Shown one piece after another: positions 42,210 through 52,050 of a stretch of DNA of 64,000 nt (position 1 is the first letter of the stretch; each line of letters opens with the position of its first letter). This stretch comes from an uncultured Candidatus Micrarchaeota archaeon (GTDB lineage: Archaea; Micrarchaeota; Micrarchaeia; Anstonellales; Bilamarchaeaceae), in contig CAVRPK010000001.1 of NCBI GenBank assembly GCA_963723105.1, positions 80,543 to 144,542 of the forward strand, in the 5' to 3' direction. The notes under the pieces were generated by a model that saw only the letters and a list, made by a program, of their open reading frames with translations, searched no databases and had not been told where the DNA came from. A program made the position numbers and the translations under genes.

Positions 42210-44522
42210 ATGCTTCAAAAGAGATTTGATAGAAGTATTGAGGAGAAATGGCAGCAGTACTGGCAGGAGAACAAAACTTACCAGTTCGATGAAGAGGACA
42301 ACACCAAAGAGATTTATTCTATTGATACCCCGCCGCCATTTACAAGTGGAGAGCTTCACATGGGCCATGTGCTCTCATACAGTTTCTTTGACTTTGCAGC
42401 AAGATACAAGAGAATGCGAGGATTCAATGTCTACTACCCGCAAGGATGGGATACACAAGGATTCCCAACCGAAGTCAAAGTTGAAAAAAAATACGGAAGA
42501 CTTCCTCCAGCAGAATTCAGGGAAAAATGCGTGGAATGGACACATGACATGATTGCAAGAATGAAAAAGCAAATGAATGAAATGGGATTTTCTGCTGACT
42601 GGAGATATGAATATAGGACAATGGATCCAGACTATCACAAAAAAGTCCAGATGTCATTAATCCAAATGTACGGGGACAAACTGGTCTACAGAGATAAATA
42701 TCCGGTTTACTGGTGCACCAGATGCGGCTCTGCAGTTGCAAAAGCAGAACTGGATGATGAAGAAAAAAACGGAACACTTAATCACATTAAATTCACTGGT
42801 CCTGGTGGAGAAGAACTTATTATTGCAACAACAAGGCCAGAAATGCTCGCTGCATGCGGCGCAGTATTATACAATCCAGAAGATGAGAGATACAAAAACC
42901 TCAGTGGAAAAAAGATCACCACACCTCTTGGAGCCGAAGTTCCAGCATTTGCAGACAAGGAAGTGGACAAAGAATTTGGATCCGGACTTGTTATGGTTTG
43001 TACTTTTGGAGATAAGATGGATGTTGTATGGATGCATAGATACAAACTTCCGCTGGTTCAGGTTATTGATGCATATGGAAAGATGATCAATGCTGGAGAG
43101 CTTGATGGACTAAAGATAGTTGATGCTAAGAAAAAGATGCTTGAAATTCTCGGGGATAAAGTAGTCAAAAAAGAAGACTTGAAACAAACAGTTAAGGTCC
43201 ATGACAGATGCAAAAGACCAGTTGAACTGATTCCTTCTCTTCAGTGGTTTGCAGACATTAGATCAACTGCAAAAGCAGTTAAAGAAATGGCACATGAGAT
43301 CAAATGGATTCCTGAATTTGGAATTACCTATCTTATTGACTGGGTTGAAGGCGCTGAATGGGACTGGGTAATTTCAAGACAACGGGTTTTCGGAACACCA
43401 CTTCCATTTTACATTTGCGGATGCGGAAAGACAGCTCCAGCAGATAAGCTTCCATTTTATCCGGAAAAAGCAGGGACAAAAAAATGCGAATGCGGAGAAG
43501 AAATGCAGCCAGAAACAAGCACATGTGATTGCTGGGTTGATTCAAGCATTAGTCCACTGATAATTGCTGGTTGGCCAGATAAGGAAAAGATGAAGAAATT
43601 TTATCCAGTTTCACTAAGGCCTCAGGGAGTTGAAATTGTCAGGACATGGGCATTTTATACGATATTCAGAAGCGGAGTTGCGCTAACAAAACAAAAGCCA
43701 TTTGAGACAGTTCTCTTAAATGGAAATGTACTTGCCACCGACGGCAAAAAAATGAGCAAGAGCCTTGGAAATATTATTTCTCCAGCAGAACTTCAAAAGG
43801 AATATCCTGTTGATGCAATAAGACAATGGGCAGCTCTAAGCGGGGCTATGGCAAAGGACAGGCCATTTAGCTATGAAGATATCAAATACTCCAAAAGCTT
43901 CCTTGCAAAACTATGGAACGCAGCAAAATTTGTAGAAACTCTTAGAAATGCAGAAGAAACAGAGCTCACAACAATTGACAAATGGATAATAGGAAGACTA
44001 AATACTACGATAAAAAAAGCAACAGAAGCAATGGAGAAATATGAATATCATACAACAATTGGTGCTATTCAGAAATTCTTCTGGAATGACTTTTGCGATG
44101 ACTATCTTGAGTATGTGAAGCACAGAGTATACAATGATGAGCCGTCAAAAAATGCAGCTCTCTACTGCCTCAATAAGGTGATTATAGAGACTCTGAAGAT
44201 ACTTGCTCCAATCACTCCACATATTAGTGAAGAAGTATACCAGATTTACAATCCAGGAAAAAGCATCCAGCATGAAAGCTGGCCAGAAGCTGGAGAGGAA
44301 TACTTGGAAGAAGTTGAAAAAGTATCTACACTCAATGATGTTGTTACACTAATTAGGCAGCACAAGTCAAACAACAAACTAGCTCAAAATGCAGAGCTTG
44401 AGAAAGTTGTTGTTACAACTCCAAAAAAGATGGATGAAGAATTGATACTAGAGCTTGGAAAAATCAGCAAGATAAAGAATGTAGAAAATAAGGAAGGAGC
44501 ATTGTCAATTACTGTGGAATGA
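42210..44522 (+). CDS. valS: Valyl-tRNA synthetase
   Basis: DTPPPFTSGELHMGHV (HIGH), ARYKRMRGFNVYYPQGWDTQGFPTE and KMSKSLGN. The track start at 42201 is TTG, and the first ATG is at 42210. Confidence 0.9.
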   Translation: MLQKRFDRSIEEKWQQYWQENKTYQFDEEDNTKEIYSIDTPPPFTSGELHMGHVLSYSFFDFAARYKRMRGFNVYYPQGWDTQGFPTEVKVEKKYGRLPPAEFREKCVEWTHDMIARMKKQMNEMGFSADWRYEYRTMDPDYHKKVQMSLIQMYGDKLVYRDKYPVYWCTRCGSAVAKAELDDEEKNGTLNHIKFTGPGGEELIIATTRPEMLAACGAVLYNPEDERYKNLSGKKITTPLGAEVPAFADKEVDKEFGSGLVMVCTFGDKMDVVWMHRYKLPLVQVIDAYGKMINAGELDGLKIVDAKKKMLEILGDKVVKKEDLKQTVKVHDRCKRPVELIPSLQWFADIRSTAKAVKEMAHEIKWIPEFGITYLIDWVEGAEWDWVISRQRVFGTPLPFYICGCGKTAPADKLPFYPEKAGTKKCECGEEMQPETSTCDCWVDSSISPLIIAGWPDKEKMKKFYPVSLRPQGVEIVRTWAFYTIFRSGVALTKQKPFETVLLNGNVLATDGKKMSKSLGNIISPAELQKEYPVDAIRQWAALSGAMAKDRPFSYEDIKYSKSFLAKLWNAAKFVETLRNAEETELTTIDKWIIGRLNTTIKKATEAMEKYEYHTTIGAIQKFFWNDFCDDYLEYVKHRVYNDEPSKNAALYCLNKVIIETLKILAPITPHISEEVYQIYNPGKSIQHESWPEAGEEYLEEVEKVSTLNDVVTLIRQHKSNNKLAQNAELEKVVVTTPKKMDEELILELGKISKIKNVENKEGALSITVE

Positions 44523-45000
44523 TCTTTCCGACAACTCTTCCGCTAATTATATGTTCTGAAGTACTGCAAGTAGGTCCAAGTTCCGAAGCGCAGGAAACAT
44601 ATGTAATATTACCAGTAAATTTCTTTACATCGCCTTCTTTTACTTCAGGACCACTAAGAGTTGCCTCGAAAGGAGGGCTTGTATGCTCTCCACTATCAAG
44701 CTCAACATTTGTTGCAAAACCAGAAAAGCTTTGAAGTCCGTCAGTAGTTTGAATATTTATTTCAATGATTTTGACCTTATACGGATACCCATTGAAAATA
44801 TCCATACCAAGTTTTGTTGAGCCTCCATCATTGTAAATAGCAAAATTACAGGGGAAATTGTTTCCAAATGAACATTCTTCTGCAACAAGATAACTTGGCG
44901 ATAATAATCCACTAGTTAAAAGCACTCCAACGACGATTACCAAGGCAAGAAGTGCCCAGCCATAGGTCATCAAATATTCTACTGCTGCTTGTCCCTTCAT
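44509..45000 (-). CDS. Archaeal type IV pilin-like protein (class III signal peptide)
   Basis: MKGQAAVEYLMTYGWALLALVIVVGVLL from the ATG at 45000. The 3' end overlaps the valS stop region by 14 nt. Confidence 0.65.
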   Translation of the reverse strand: MKGQAAVEYLMTYGWALLALVIVVGVLLTSGLLSPSYLVAEECSFGNNFPCNFAIYNDGGSTKLGMDIFNGYPYKVKIIEINIQTTDGLQSFSGFATNVELDSGEHTSPPFEATLSGPEVKEGDVKKFTGNITYVSCASELGPTCSTSEHIISGRVVGKIIPQ

Positions 45001-45024
45001 AGTTAACATACCCCCATGCATCAA

Positions 45025-47850
45025 TTAAATATCTTTCTGCACCGAAAGCTTCACAAGCCTCCCATCTATCTTGTATTCTTTTGGATCTGGTGCAGGACCA
45101 TAAACAACTGACGACGCATTAACTTCAGCGGCTATTTTTTTCTCGTTCTTTTTCACAATGGCCTCAATTTCTGCCTCGGTTTCAAGTACGAATTTAATTT
45201 TGTCTGACTCGACCAGTCCAGCATCTTTCCTCAGTATCTGGACCCTCCTCTTAACCTCATTCACCATACCCTCTTCATAAAGCTGTTCATCGATTTTTTT
45301 ATCAATGTGAATTGTACCTTTCTCAAATTCAGAGCTGGACAGCTCACCAGATGGTTTTTCTTCCATGGTCTTGAGCTCTTTAACATTTGTAAGTGAGAGA
45401 ATGGTTTTCTCAAATGCATTTACAGCATCAATAACTTCATGAGATTTGGTCTCTACATAAAGAGTTCGGATAGGCCATCTGACCTTGATTCCAGCTTCTT
45501 GTCGAGCTAGCATAGCAGTTGATACAACTTCCTTAAGATTTTCTACCTGCTTTTCATAAAGAACATTGATGTCAGCTTCATTTGAAGATTCAAGTCTCAA
45601 AAGAAATAGAGATTCTTCTCCTTCAAACTTCTTATAGAATTTCTGATAAAGATTTTCGCAAAGGAGCGGGCAGATGCAGCTGAGCATTTTCAAAGATGAT
45701 AGCATCACATGATAAACAACATAGAGTGCAGCTTCGGCATTTTCACCTTTTGAAATTCTTTCTTTGGCTAGTTTCATGTAAAATCTGCTAATATCCTCGA
45801 CGATAAATGAACGAAGTGTTTTTGCTGCTTTGTTAAGTTCATACGTCTCAAATGAAGTTCTAAATGATTTCAAAGTGGAATTAAGACGGCTAAGCATCCA
45901 TTTATCAAGAGGCTCCAGCTCAACTTCCTCAATTTTTTTCTTTGGATAAAACCTTTCCAAAAACGAGATCATATTTGCAGCGATATTAAGATCAGACGAG
46001 GCCTTTTTCATCTCAACCCAGCTGAATTTGAGCTCATCCCATACAGTATTGCTAATGCTCCAAAGCCTGAAACTATCAGCACCATATTTTTCTAGAATCT
46101 GTTCGATCGGAATGAAGTTCCCCAATGATTTGCTCATCTTTTCTCCGTGCTCATCCACAAAGAATCCATGCATGAGCAAACGCTTGTATGGACAAGCTCC
46201 TTGCCTTACGACACCAGAGCCTAGAAGAGAATAGAACCATCCACGAATTTGATCTTGTCCTTCGAGGATCAGATCAGCACGCTCTCCATATTTCTTAGCC
46301 TCTTCTGGATTAAGAGATGCCCAAATGGCATTTCCAGAATCAAACCAAACATCAAGAACATCAGGAACGCGCTTCATTTTCTTGCCGCATTCGCAGTCAA
46401 GTTCGACCTCATCAATATAGGGCCTATGGAGTTCCTCTATTTTTGGAATTTCGTCCTTTGATCCAATTACTTTGATTTTTTCACATTCACATTTCCAAAT
46501 AGGTAGTGGAATACCCCAGTACCTCTGTCTTGAGATGCACCAGTCAGGAGCATTTGTAACAAACTCCTTGAATCGATCTTTTGCAAAGTCAGGATGCCAT
46601 TCTGTTTTATCAATTTCATTGAGCATCTGATCTTTTATTTTTGAAATTGAAACAAACCACTGGTTTGTTGTAAGGAAGATAAGAGGAGTTTTGCATCTCC
46701 AGCAATGAGGGTATCTGTGTTTTATTCGAGCTTCATAGAGAAGGGTGCCATTGCTACGAAGCAGTTCAATAATAGATGGGTTTGCTTCTCTAACATTTTG
46801 ACCTGCAAATTCTCCAGCTTCTTCAGTATAATTTCCTTTGCCATTCACAGGACAAAATGCCTCAATGCCAAAACGCTTACCAATTATGAAATCCTCAGGA
46901 CCATGGCCAGGTGCTGTATGAACCAAACCAGTTCCTTCTTCAAGAGTAACATATTCGTCGCTAAGAACAACCTTTCTATCATATTCTTTCTTGATTTTAT
47001 CCTGGAAAGGATGATCATATTGAAGATCATTTAGTTTTCGTCCTGGAAGCTCTTCAACAACAGTTGCACTAGCCTCAGTAAGTTCAAGAACATGATCAAG
47101 TCTTTCTTTTGCAATAATCCAAATCTCGTCGCCAACTTTAGCTTTAACATATGAATGAGTCGGATGTACCATAACTCCCATGTTTGCAGTAAGTGTCCAT
47201 GGAGTTGTAGTCCAGACAATCAGATATTCGTCCTTGTCTTTTACTTTAAATTTAATGTATATACTTGGATCAGTTTCCTCATCATACTCGAGTTCATAAT
47301 TTGCTATTGTTGTCTCGCATCGATAACAGTAAGGAAGAACATAGAAGCCTTGGTGCATCAAGTCTTTTTCATGGGCCATTTTCAAAGTGCTCCAAGATGC
47401 ATTGATGTAACTATCGTGATAAGTGATATAGGGAGTATCAAAGTCCATCCAAACTCCAAGGGATTGGAATTGTTCACCCATAATTCCGACATATTTTGTT
47501 GCGAACTCTTTGCATTTTTTAACAAACTTGCCAATGCCGTATTTTTCTATATCATTCTTGTTTTTGAATTTCAACTGTTGTTCTACTTTGACTTCGATCG
47601 GAAGACCATGAGTATCATAACCAGCCTGAACTCGAACGTCCTTTCCGCAAATTCTTTGGTAACGGCAAACTGAATCTTTTAGAGTCTTGTTCCACCCAGT
47701 TCCTGGATGAATCTGGCCAGTGGCATAAGGAGGCCCATCACAAAAGTAAAAGGTCTCATTGCCATCATTCTTTTTCTTGGCTTTTTCGTAAATGTTTTTT
47801 TCTTTCCAAAACTCCAGCATTTCTTGTTCTAGCTTCTTGTGATCATACAT
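45025..47850 (-). CDS. ileS: Isoleucyl-tRNA synthetase
   Basis: 941 aa with GPPYATGQIHPGTGWNK, where the HIGH motif reads HPGT (second His replaced). Also GYDTHGLPIE, an editing-domain region, and KMSKSLGN. Confidence 0.95.
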   Translation of the reverse strand: MYDHKKLEQEMLEFWKEKNIYEKAKKKNDGNETFYFCDGPPYATGQIHPGTGWNKTLKDSVCRYQRICGKDVRVQAGYDTHGLPIEVKVEQQLKFKNKNDIEKYGIGKFVKKCKEFATKYVGIMGEQFQSLGVWMDFDTPYITYHDSYINASWSTLKMAHEKDLMHQGFYVLPYCYRCETTIANYELEYDEETDPSIYIKFKVKDKDEYLIVWTTTPWTLTANMGVMVHPTHSYVKAKVGDEIWIIAKERLDHVLELTEASATVVEELPGRKLNDLQYDHPFQDKIKKEYDRKVVLSDEYVTLEEGTGLVHTAPGHGPEDFIIGKRFGIEAFCPVNGKGNYTEEAGEFAGQNVREANPSIIELLRSNGTLLYEARIKHRYPHCWRCKTPLIFLTTNQWFVSISKIKDQMLNEIDKTEWHPDFAKDRFKEFVTNAPDWCISRQRYWGIPLPIWKCECEKIKVIGSKDEIPKIEELHRPYIDEVELDCECGKKMKRVPDVLDVWFDSGNAIWASLNPEEAKKYGERADLILEGQDQIRGWFYSLLGSGVVRQGACPYKRLLMHGFFVDEHGEKMSKSLGNFIPIEQILEKYGADSFRLWSISNTVWDELKFSWVEMKKASSDLNIAANMISFLERFYPKKKIEEVELEPLDKWMLSRLNSTLKSFRTSFETYELNKAAKTLRSFIVEDISRFYMKLAKERISKGENAEAALYVVYHVMLSSLKMLSCICPLLCENLYQKFYKKFEGEESLFLLRLESSNEADINVLYEKQVENLKEVVSTAMLARQEAGIKVRWPIRTLYVETKSHEVIDAVNAFEKTILSLTNVKELKTMEEKPSGELSSSEFEKGTIHIDKKIDEQLYEEGMVNEVKRRVQILRKDAGLVESDKIKFVLETEAEIEAIVKKNEKKIAAEVNASSVVYGPAPDPKEYKIDGRLVKLSVQKDI

Positions 47851-47964
47851 ATAGAAACCTCTAAATTAGATGAATTTTACTAGAAATTAACCTAGCAAAC
47901 TCTTTTTAAGAGAACATTTCTTTCGGATATATTATTTAAAACACTTTGTATCACTTATTACAAT

Positions 47965-49014
47965 ATGAAAACAAGACCAATAATGCGTAAGCTAAAACAA
48001 GGAGCAGCAGTTGCAGGTTTAACAGTCGCTGCTACAGCACTTCTTGCTTGCTCTCCCATGAGAGAAACAATTCGCACTCCTAATCATGCAGCTGTAGATC
48101 AACAAACACCTTCCGGAGTAATTGAACTTGGAGAAACCGAGGTCACACGAGCACCAACTAAAGAACAGGCAACAGTTCCTCGGGGCAATGATCATTTCGA
48201 AATGAATACTGCCATGAGAGATCTTGTTGAATCGCTTAGCGGAACTCCCGAACAGCAGGTTCAGGAACTTCATGCAATGATTAATTCAGGAGCAGCAGGA
48301 GGCCTTCCCGCAATAGACATGAGCGGACAACCGCCAAGAACTGCACAAGAGGCATTTGCCAGTGGAGGAGATTGTACTGATCTTGCAAATGCACTTGTTC
48401 CAATGCTTGAGCAAATCGGAATTACAGGTGGAGCATTGATTGTACATTTTAGCAGTGCGCCAGAAGGAGTTTTCCACATGGTTCCATACGTTAATATCGG
48501 AGGAAGAGAAACACTTGTTGATCTTCAAAGCAGCACTTTTGGAGCAACAGCTGATGGAACATATACAGTAGTTCATAGATTGACTTATGCTCAGGCAAGA
48601 TACACATATCATGTTGAGCAGGGAGATTATCATAGAGAAGCTGGGAGAACGCAACCAGCAATTGATGCATATAGAAGAGCACTTCAGATTTACGATAATG
48701 ATGCTTTTGTTCATCATAATCTTTCAGTTCTGCTTGAGAGATCAGGCGACACAACTGGAGGAGCAGCTCATTCCAGACGAGCAGCAGAAATTGATCCATC
48801 AAGATATGGCCAGGCGGAGGCCAGAGGCACATATAATGAAGAGATTAGACAGGCTTATGAAGCATATGAACAGCAAAGATGGACTGATTGTGCCAGGCAC
48901 TTTAGAGCAGCACTTGCAGCTGGAGAGCAAATAGATCCTACAGAAAGGCAAACAATAACAGATTCCATAGGCGTTTGTGAAAGAAATAGTGCGACTACTG
49001 GTGGACAAAAATAA
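47965..49014 (+). CDS. Lipobox lipoprotein with transglutaminase-like Cys-protease core + TPR-like C-terminus (island 3)
   Basis: Signal peptide plus LLAC lipobox. The C/H/D core is GGDCTDLANALVPMLEQIG...VFHMVPYV...LVDLQ. A TPR-like stretch AIDAYRRALQIYDNDAFVHHNLSVLL follows. Confidence 0.65.
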   Translation: MKTRPIMRKLKQGAAVAGLTVAATALLACSPMRETIRTPNHAAVDQQTPSGVIELGETEVTRAPTKEQATVPRGNDHFEMNTAMRDLVESLSGTPEQQVQELHAMINSGAAGGLPAIDMSGQPPRTAQEAFASGGDCTDLANALVPMLEQIGITGGALIVHFSSAPEGVFHMVPYVNIGGRETLVDLQSSTFGATADGTYTVVHRLTYAQARYTYHVEQGDYHREAGRTQPAIDAYRRALQIYDNDAFVHHNLSVLLERSGDTTGGAAHSRRAAEIDPSRYGQAEARGTYNEEIRQAYEAYEQQRWTDCARHFRAALAAGEQIDPTERQTITDSIGVCERNSATTGGQK

Positions 49015-49026
49015 AAAGAAAAAAAA

Positions 49027-49713
49027 TCAGAATACTTTTTCTCCAGTGTAGACTTTGATTCCCTGAGGAGTTACCTTGAATGGAACCAGATCTCTAGAGT
49101 GATCAGTACCTCTCATTTTGAAGATTTCAAGTGCTCGAACTCTCCTATCCTCGCGATCAAGATTATAGAGGTTGATAATACCATCCATAACAAAATGTTC
49201 AATATCATACTTCATTTCATCACGCTTTGAAGTAGATGCTTCGACAGTAGTAATGGAGGTTACATCCAAATTTCGAAGAAGAGAAAGGAATTCGAAAAGA
49301 GTTTGCCTATATTCAATTTCAGTTGCAAATGACATTCTGATCATTGTAGCAGAATCAATTACTGCTCTTTTAATACCGTTTGAGGTTATTCTGTCTTCTA
49401 GAATATTTGCAACATCCTCAAGATCAAGCTTATCTGGTTTTACAATCTCAAGAGTCTTGTTTGCAACAAGATCAGCAGTATCCGTAAACATAGGAAATGT
49501 ACTTTTCATATTCTCAAGGATGTCTTCTGTTGTTTCTTCTAGTGAGATATAAAGCCCAGGCTCTCCAAGCTTTGCTCCACGATATAAATATTCAAAACAA
49601 AATGATGTTTTACCTGCACCAGGTCCACCATAAAGCGCCACGTGTCGTCCTGCTGGGACACCGCCATTTAGCATATCGTCCATTCCTGCTATTCCTGTTT
49701 GCACTCGATCCAT
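49027..49713 (-). CDS. KaiC/RadA-like single-domain RecA-superfamily ATPase
   Basis: TGIAGMDDMLNGGVPAGRHVALYGGPGAGKTSFCFEYL. The track start at 49728 is GTG, and I prefer the ATG at 49713. Confidence 0.8.
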   Translation of the reverse strand: MDRVQTGIAGMDDMLNGGVPAGRHVALYGGPGAGKTSFCFEYLYRGAKLGEPGLYISLEETTEDILENMKSTFPMFTDTADLVANKTLEIVKPDKLDLEDVANILEDRITSNGIKRAVIDSATMIRMSFATEIEYRQTLFEFLSLLRNLDVTSITTVEASTSKRDEMKYDIEHFVMDGIINLYNLDREDRRVRALEIFKMRGTDHSRDLVPFKVTPQGIKVYTGEKVF

Positions 49714-49771
49714 ATTATCACGGATCACTTTCTCTCGGATAAAATTTATTAATATTGGTCAAGAACTAGTA

Positions 49772-50734
49772 ATGATGGAAAAGACAGATATATTGCCATG
49801 GACAGAGAAATACAGACCTAAAAATCTTGATGAAGTTGCAGGGCAGAGCGAAACAGTAACTAGTCTCAAAGCGTTTGTAAACGCAAAAAACATGCCGAAT
49901 ATGCTTTTTGCAGGTCCTCCAGGAGTTGGAAAAACAACATGTTCACTAGCCCTTGCAAAGGAACTTTTTGGCGATTCAATTGCAGGAAATTTCTTAGAAC
50001 TCAATGCAAGCGATGAACGTGGAATTGATGTTGTACGAGGCCGAATCAAAGATTTTGCAAGATCTGTTTCACTTGGAGAAGCCCCATTCAAACTGATTTT
50101 CTTGGATGAGGGAGATGCTCTAACTTCTGATGCCCAGCAGGCACTTAGAAGAACTATGGAATCAAACTCGAGAGTAACCAGATTTATTATTTCAGCAAAT
50201 TATTCTTCAAAAATTATTGAGCCAATTCAAAGTAGGTGTGCAGTATTCAGGTTCATGCCACTTCAAGAAGAAGAAACAAAATCAGCACTTGAAAAGGTTG
50301 TCAAACTGGAAGGACTGAAATTAGATGAAAGTGCATATTCTGCAATTTACTATGTTTCGGAAGGAGATATGAGAAAAGCGTTGAATATTCTGCAGGGGTG
50401 TGCCATGCATTCCAAAAACATTAATGAAAAGCTCGTTCATAAGATCAGCTCAAGAGCAATGCCCAAAGAAGTTAGAACAATGATCGAATGTGCTCTCAAA
50501 GGAAACTTCAATGATGCTAGGACAAACCTAGATACACTGATTATTTCATATGGGCTTAGTGGTGAAGACATACTGACTCAAATATACCGCGAGGTGCCAA
50601 AGCTTGAGATTGAAGAGAAAAAACGCATGAAACTCATTGAGATAATAGGCGAATATAACTTCAGGTTAGTACAAGGTGCAAACGAACGAATTCAGCTCGA
50701 GGCTCTTTTAGCGCAGTTTGTAAGCGTGGAATAG
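49772..50734 (+). CDS. rfcS: Replication factor C small subunit
   Basis: PWTEKYRPKNLDEVAGQ, GPPGVGKTT, LDEGDALT and PIQSRCAVFRF (SRC motif). Confidence 0.9.
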   Translation: MMEKTDILPWTEKYRPKNLDEVAGQSETVTSLKAFVNAKNMPNMLFAGPPGVGKTTCSLALAKELFGDSIAGNFLELNASDERGIDVVRGRIKDFARSVSLGEAPFKLIFLDEGDALTSDAQQALRRTMESNSRVTRFIISANYSSKIIEPIQSRCAVFRFMPLQEEETKSALEKVVKLEGLKLDESAYSAIYYVSEGDMRKALNILQGCAMHSKNINEKLVHKISSRAMPKEVRTMIECALKGNFNDARTNLDTLIISYGLSGEDILTQIYREVPKLEIEEKKRMKLIEIIGEYNFRLVQGANERIQLEALLAQFVSVE

Positions 50735-51343
50735 ATGCTAAAAATATTTTTTCTTGTTTTTCTGATTAATATTGCAGGTGCTGCAGTAGTTGCTCCGACT
50801 ATTTATGAGCAGCGAGATCTCGGAACCCCCTCACTTGAAGAATTCACATATTCTATTAGCGTGGATTGTACTGCTGCATCCATCAACCTGTATGTACTTG
50901 ATGAAGAGTATAAACAAGTTGAAGATGCCAACACTTATCTAAAATACATAGATTTTGCACAGCCTCTTATTTCATCTGGAGAAACAGACAAAGCAGGATA
51001 TATTTTGCACAAGCTTCCAGGAAATGTAAAATTGATGAGAGGATTTTTTGTTCTGGTTATTCAAAAAAGCGGATTTAGAAACAAGGAAATTCATTTTGAT
51101 ATTGGAAGGTGTTACAATGATGAAGTGCTTCCAAATAAACCAGAGCAAGAAAAGCCAGAGCCTGTAGTTCCGGAAGAGCCAGAAGTTGAAGAAACAGATG
51201 TACCTGATGTTATAGAACCGGAAAACGAAACTGAAGAAATAGATAACACAACAAAAACAGAAGAAGAGGAAGAAACAGCTCCAATTGAATTGTGTCCAGG
51301 AATACTAATTCTGCTCATGGTTTATAAATTCTTCAGAGGATGA
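50735..51343 (+). CDS. Secreted beta-sandwich-like protein with acidic P/E linker and Cys-containing C-terminal anchor signal (paralog 1)
   Basis: A signal peptide, a Cys-bracketed ~100-aa domain and a PE-rich linker, ending ELCPGILILLMVYKFFRG. The gene starts immediately after the rfcS stop. Confidence 0.7.
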   Translation: MLKIFFLVFLINIAGAAVVAPTIYEQRDLGTPSLEEFTYSISVDCTAASINLYVLDEEYKQVEDANTYLKYIDFAQPLISSGETDKAGYILHKLPGNVKLMRGFFVLVIQKSGFRNKEIHFDIGRCYNDEVLPNKPEQEKPEPVVPEEPEVEETDVPDVIEPENETEEIDNTTKTEEEEETAPIELCPGILILLMVYKFFRG

Positions 51344-51350
51344 ATGATTC

Positions 51351-52016
51351 ATGAAATACCTCATATTCCTATTACCCATATTATTACTTGGGTGTGTAAG
51401 CGATACTGGAGAAATAGTTGAAAATACAACTGAAAACGTAACAGAAAATATCACTGAAAATGAAACTGTTGAACCAGAATGCGTCTGTACTCTTGAATTT
51501 GATCCAGTTTGTGGAGAAGACGAAGTAACATACCAGAATAATTGCAGTGCAGAATGTGCTAATGTAAAAATCCAATACAAAGGTAGATGCCAGGTAGAAG
51601 GAGCTGAAATTGAGGACCAAAGCTGCGTTGATAGTGATGGTGGAATTGAGATTCATGAAAAGGGTACAGTTACTGCTTTTGGAGCAACATTTGTAGATAA
51701 CTGCTCAGATACACTTGTCAAGGAATATTATTGTGAAGAGCGAGAAGCAAAAAGTTCTTTGCATGCATGTCCAGATGATTTCAAATGCGTGGATGGAGAA
51801 TGCGTTCGTGGAAAAATAGAATGCACTGATACAGATGGCGGAAATGATATTTATGAGGCAGGAACAGTAACAATCCAAGGTCTGATAAAAGGAATATACC
51901 TGGACAAATGCATTGACCACACACTTTTGAAAGAGTATTACTGTGATAATGATGAGCTTACAATAAATGAAGTAGAATGCGAAATCGAGTGCAAACAAGC
52001 CAGATGCTTGCAGTAG
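51351..52016 (+). CDS. Lipobox lipoprotein: NxT sequon stalk + Kazal-type inhibitor domain + two 6-Cys repeats
   Basis: Lipobox LLLGC and a sequon run NTTENVTENITENET. The Kazal core (nt 51477-51590) is CVCTLEFDPVCGEDEVTYQNNCSAEC...C. Two CxDSDGG...EYYC...C..G.C repeats follow. Confidence 0.75.
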   Translation: MKYLIFLLPILLLGCVSDTGEIVENTTENVTENITENETVEPECVCTLEFDPVCGEDEVTYQNNCSAECANVKIQYKGRCQVEGAEIEDQSCVDSDGGIEIHEKGTVTAFGATFVDNCSDTLVKEYYCEEREAKSSLHACPDDFKCVDGECVRGKIECTDTDGGNDIYEAGTVTIQGLIKGIYLDKCIDHTLLKEYYCDNDELTINEVECEIECKQARCLQ

Positions 52017-52050
52017 TAACATTAAAAACAAATAATGTCAAAGAATTGTT

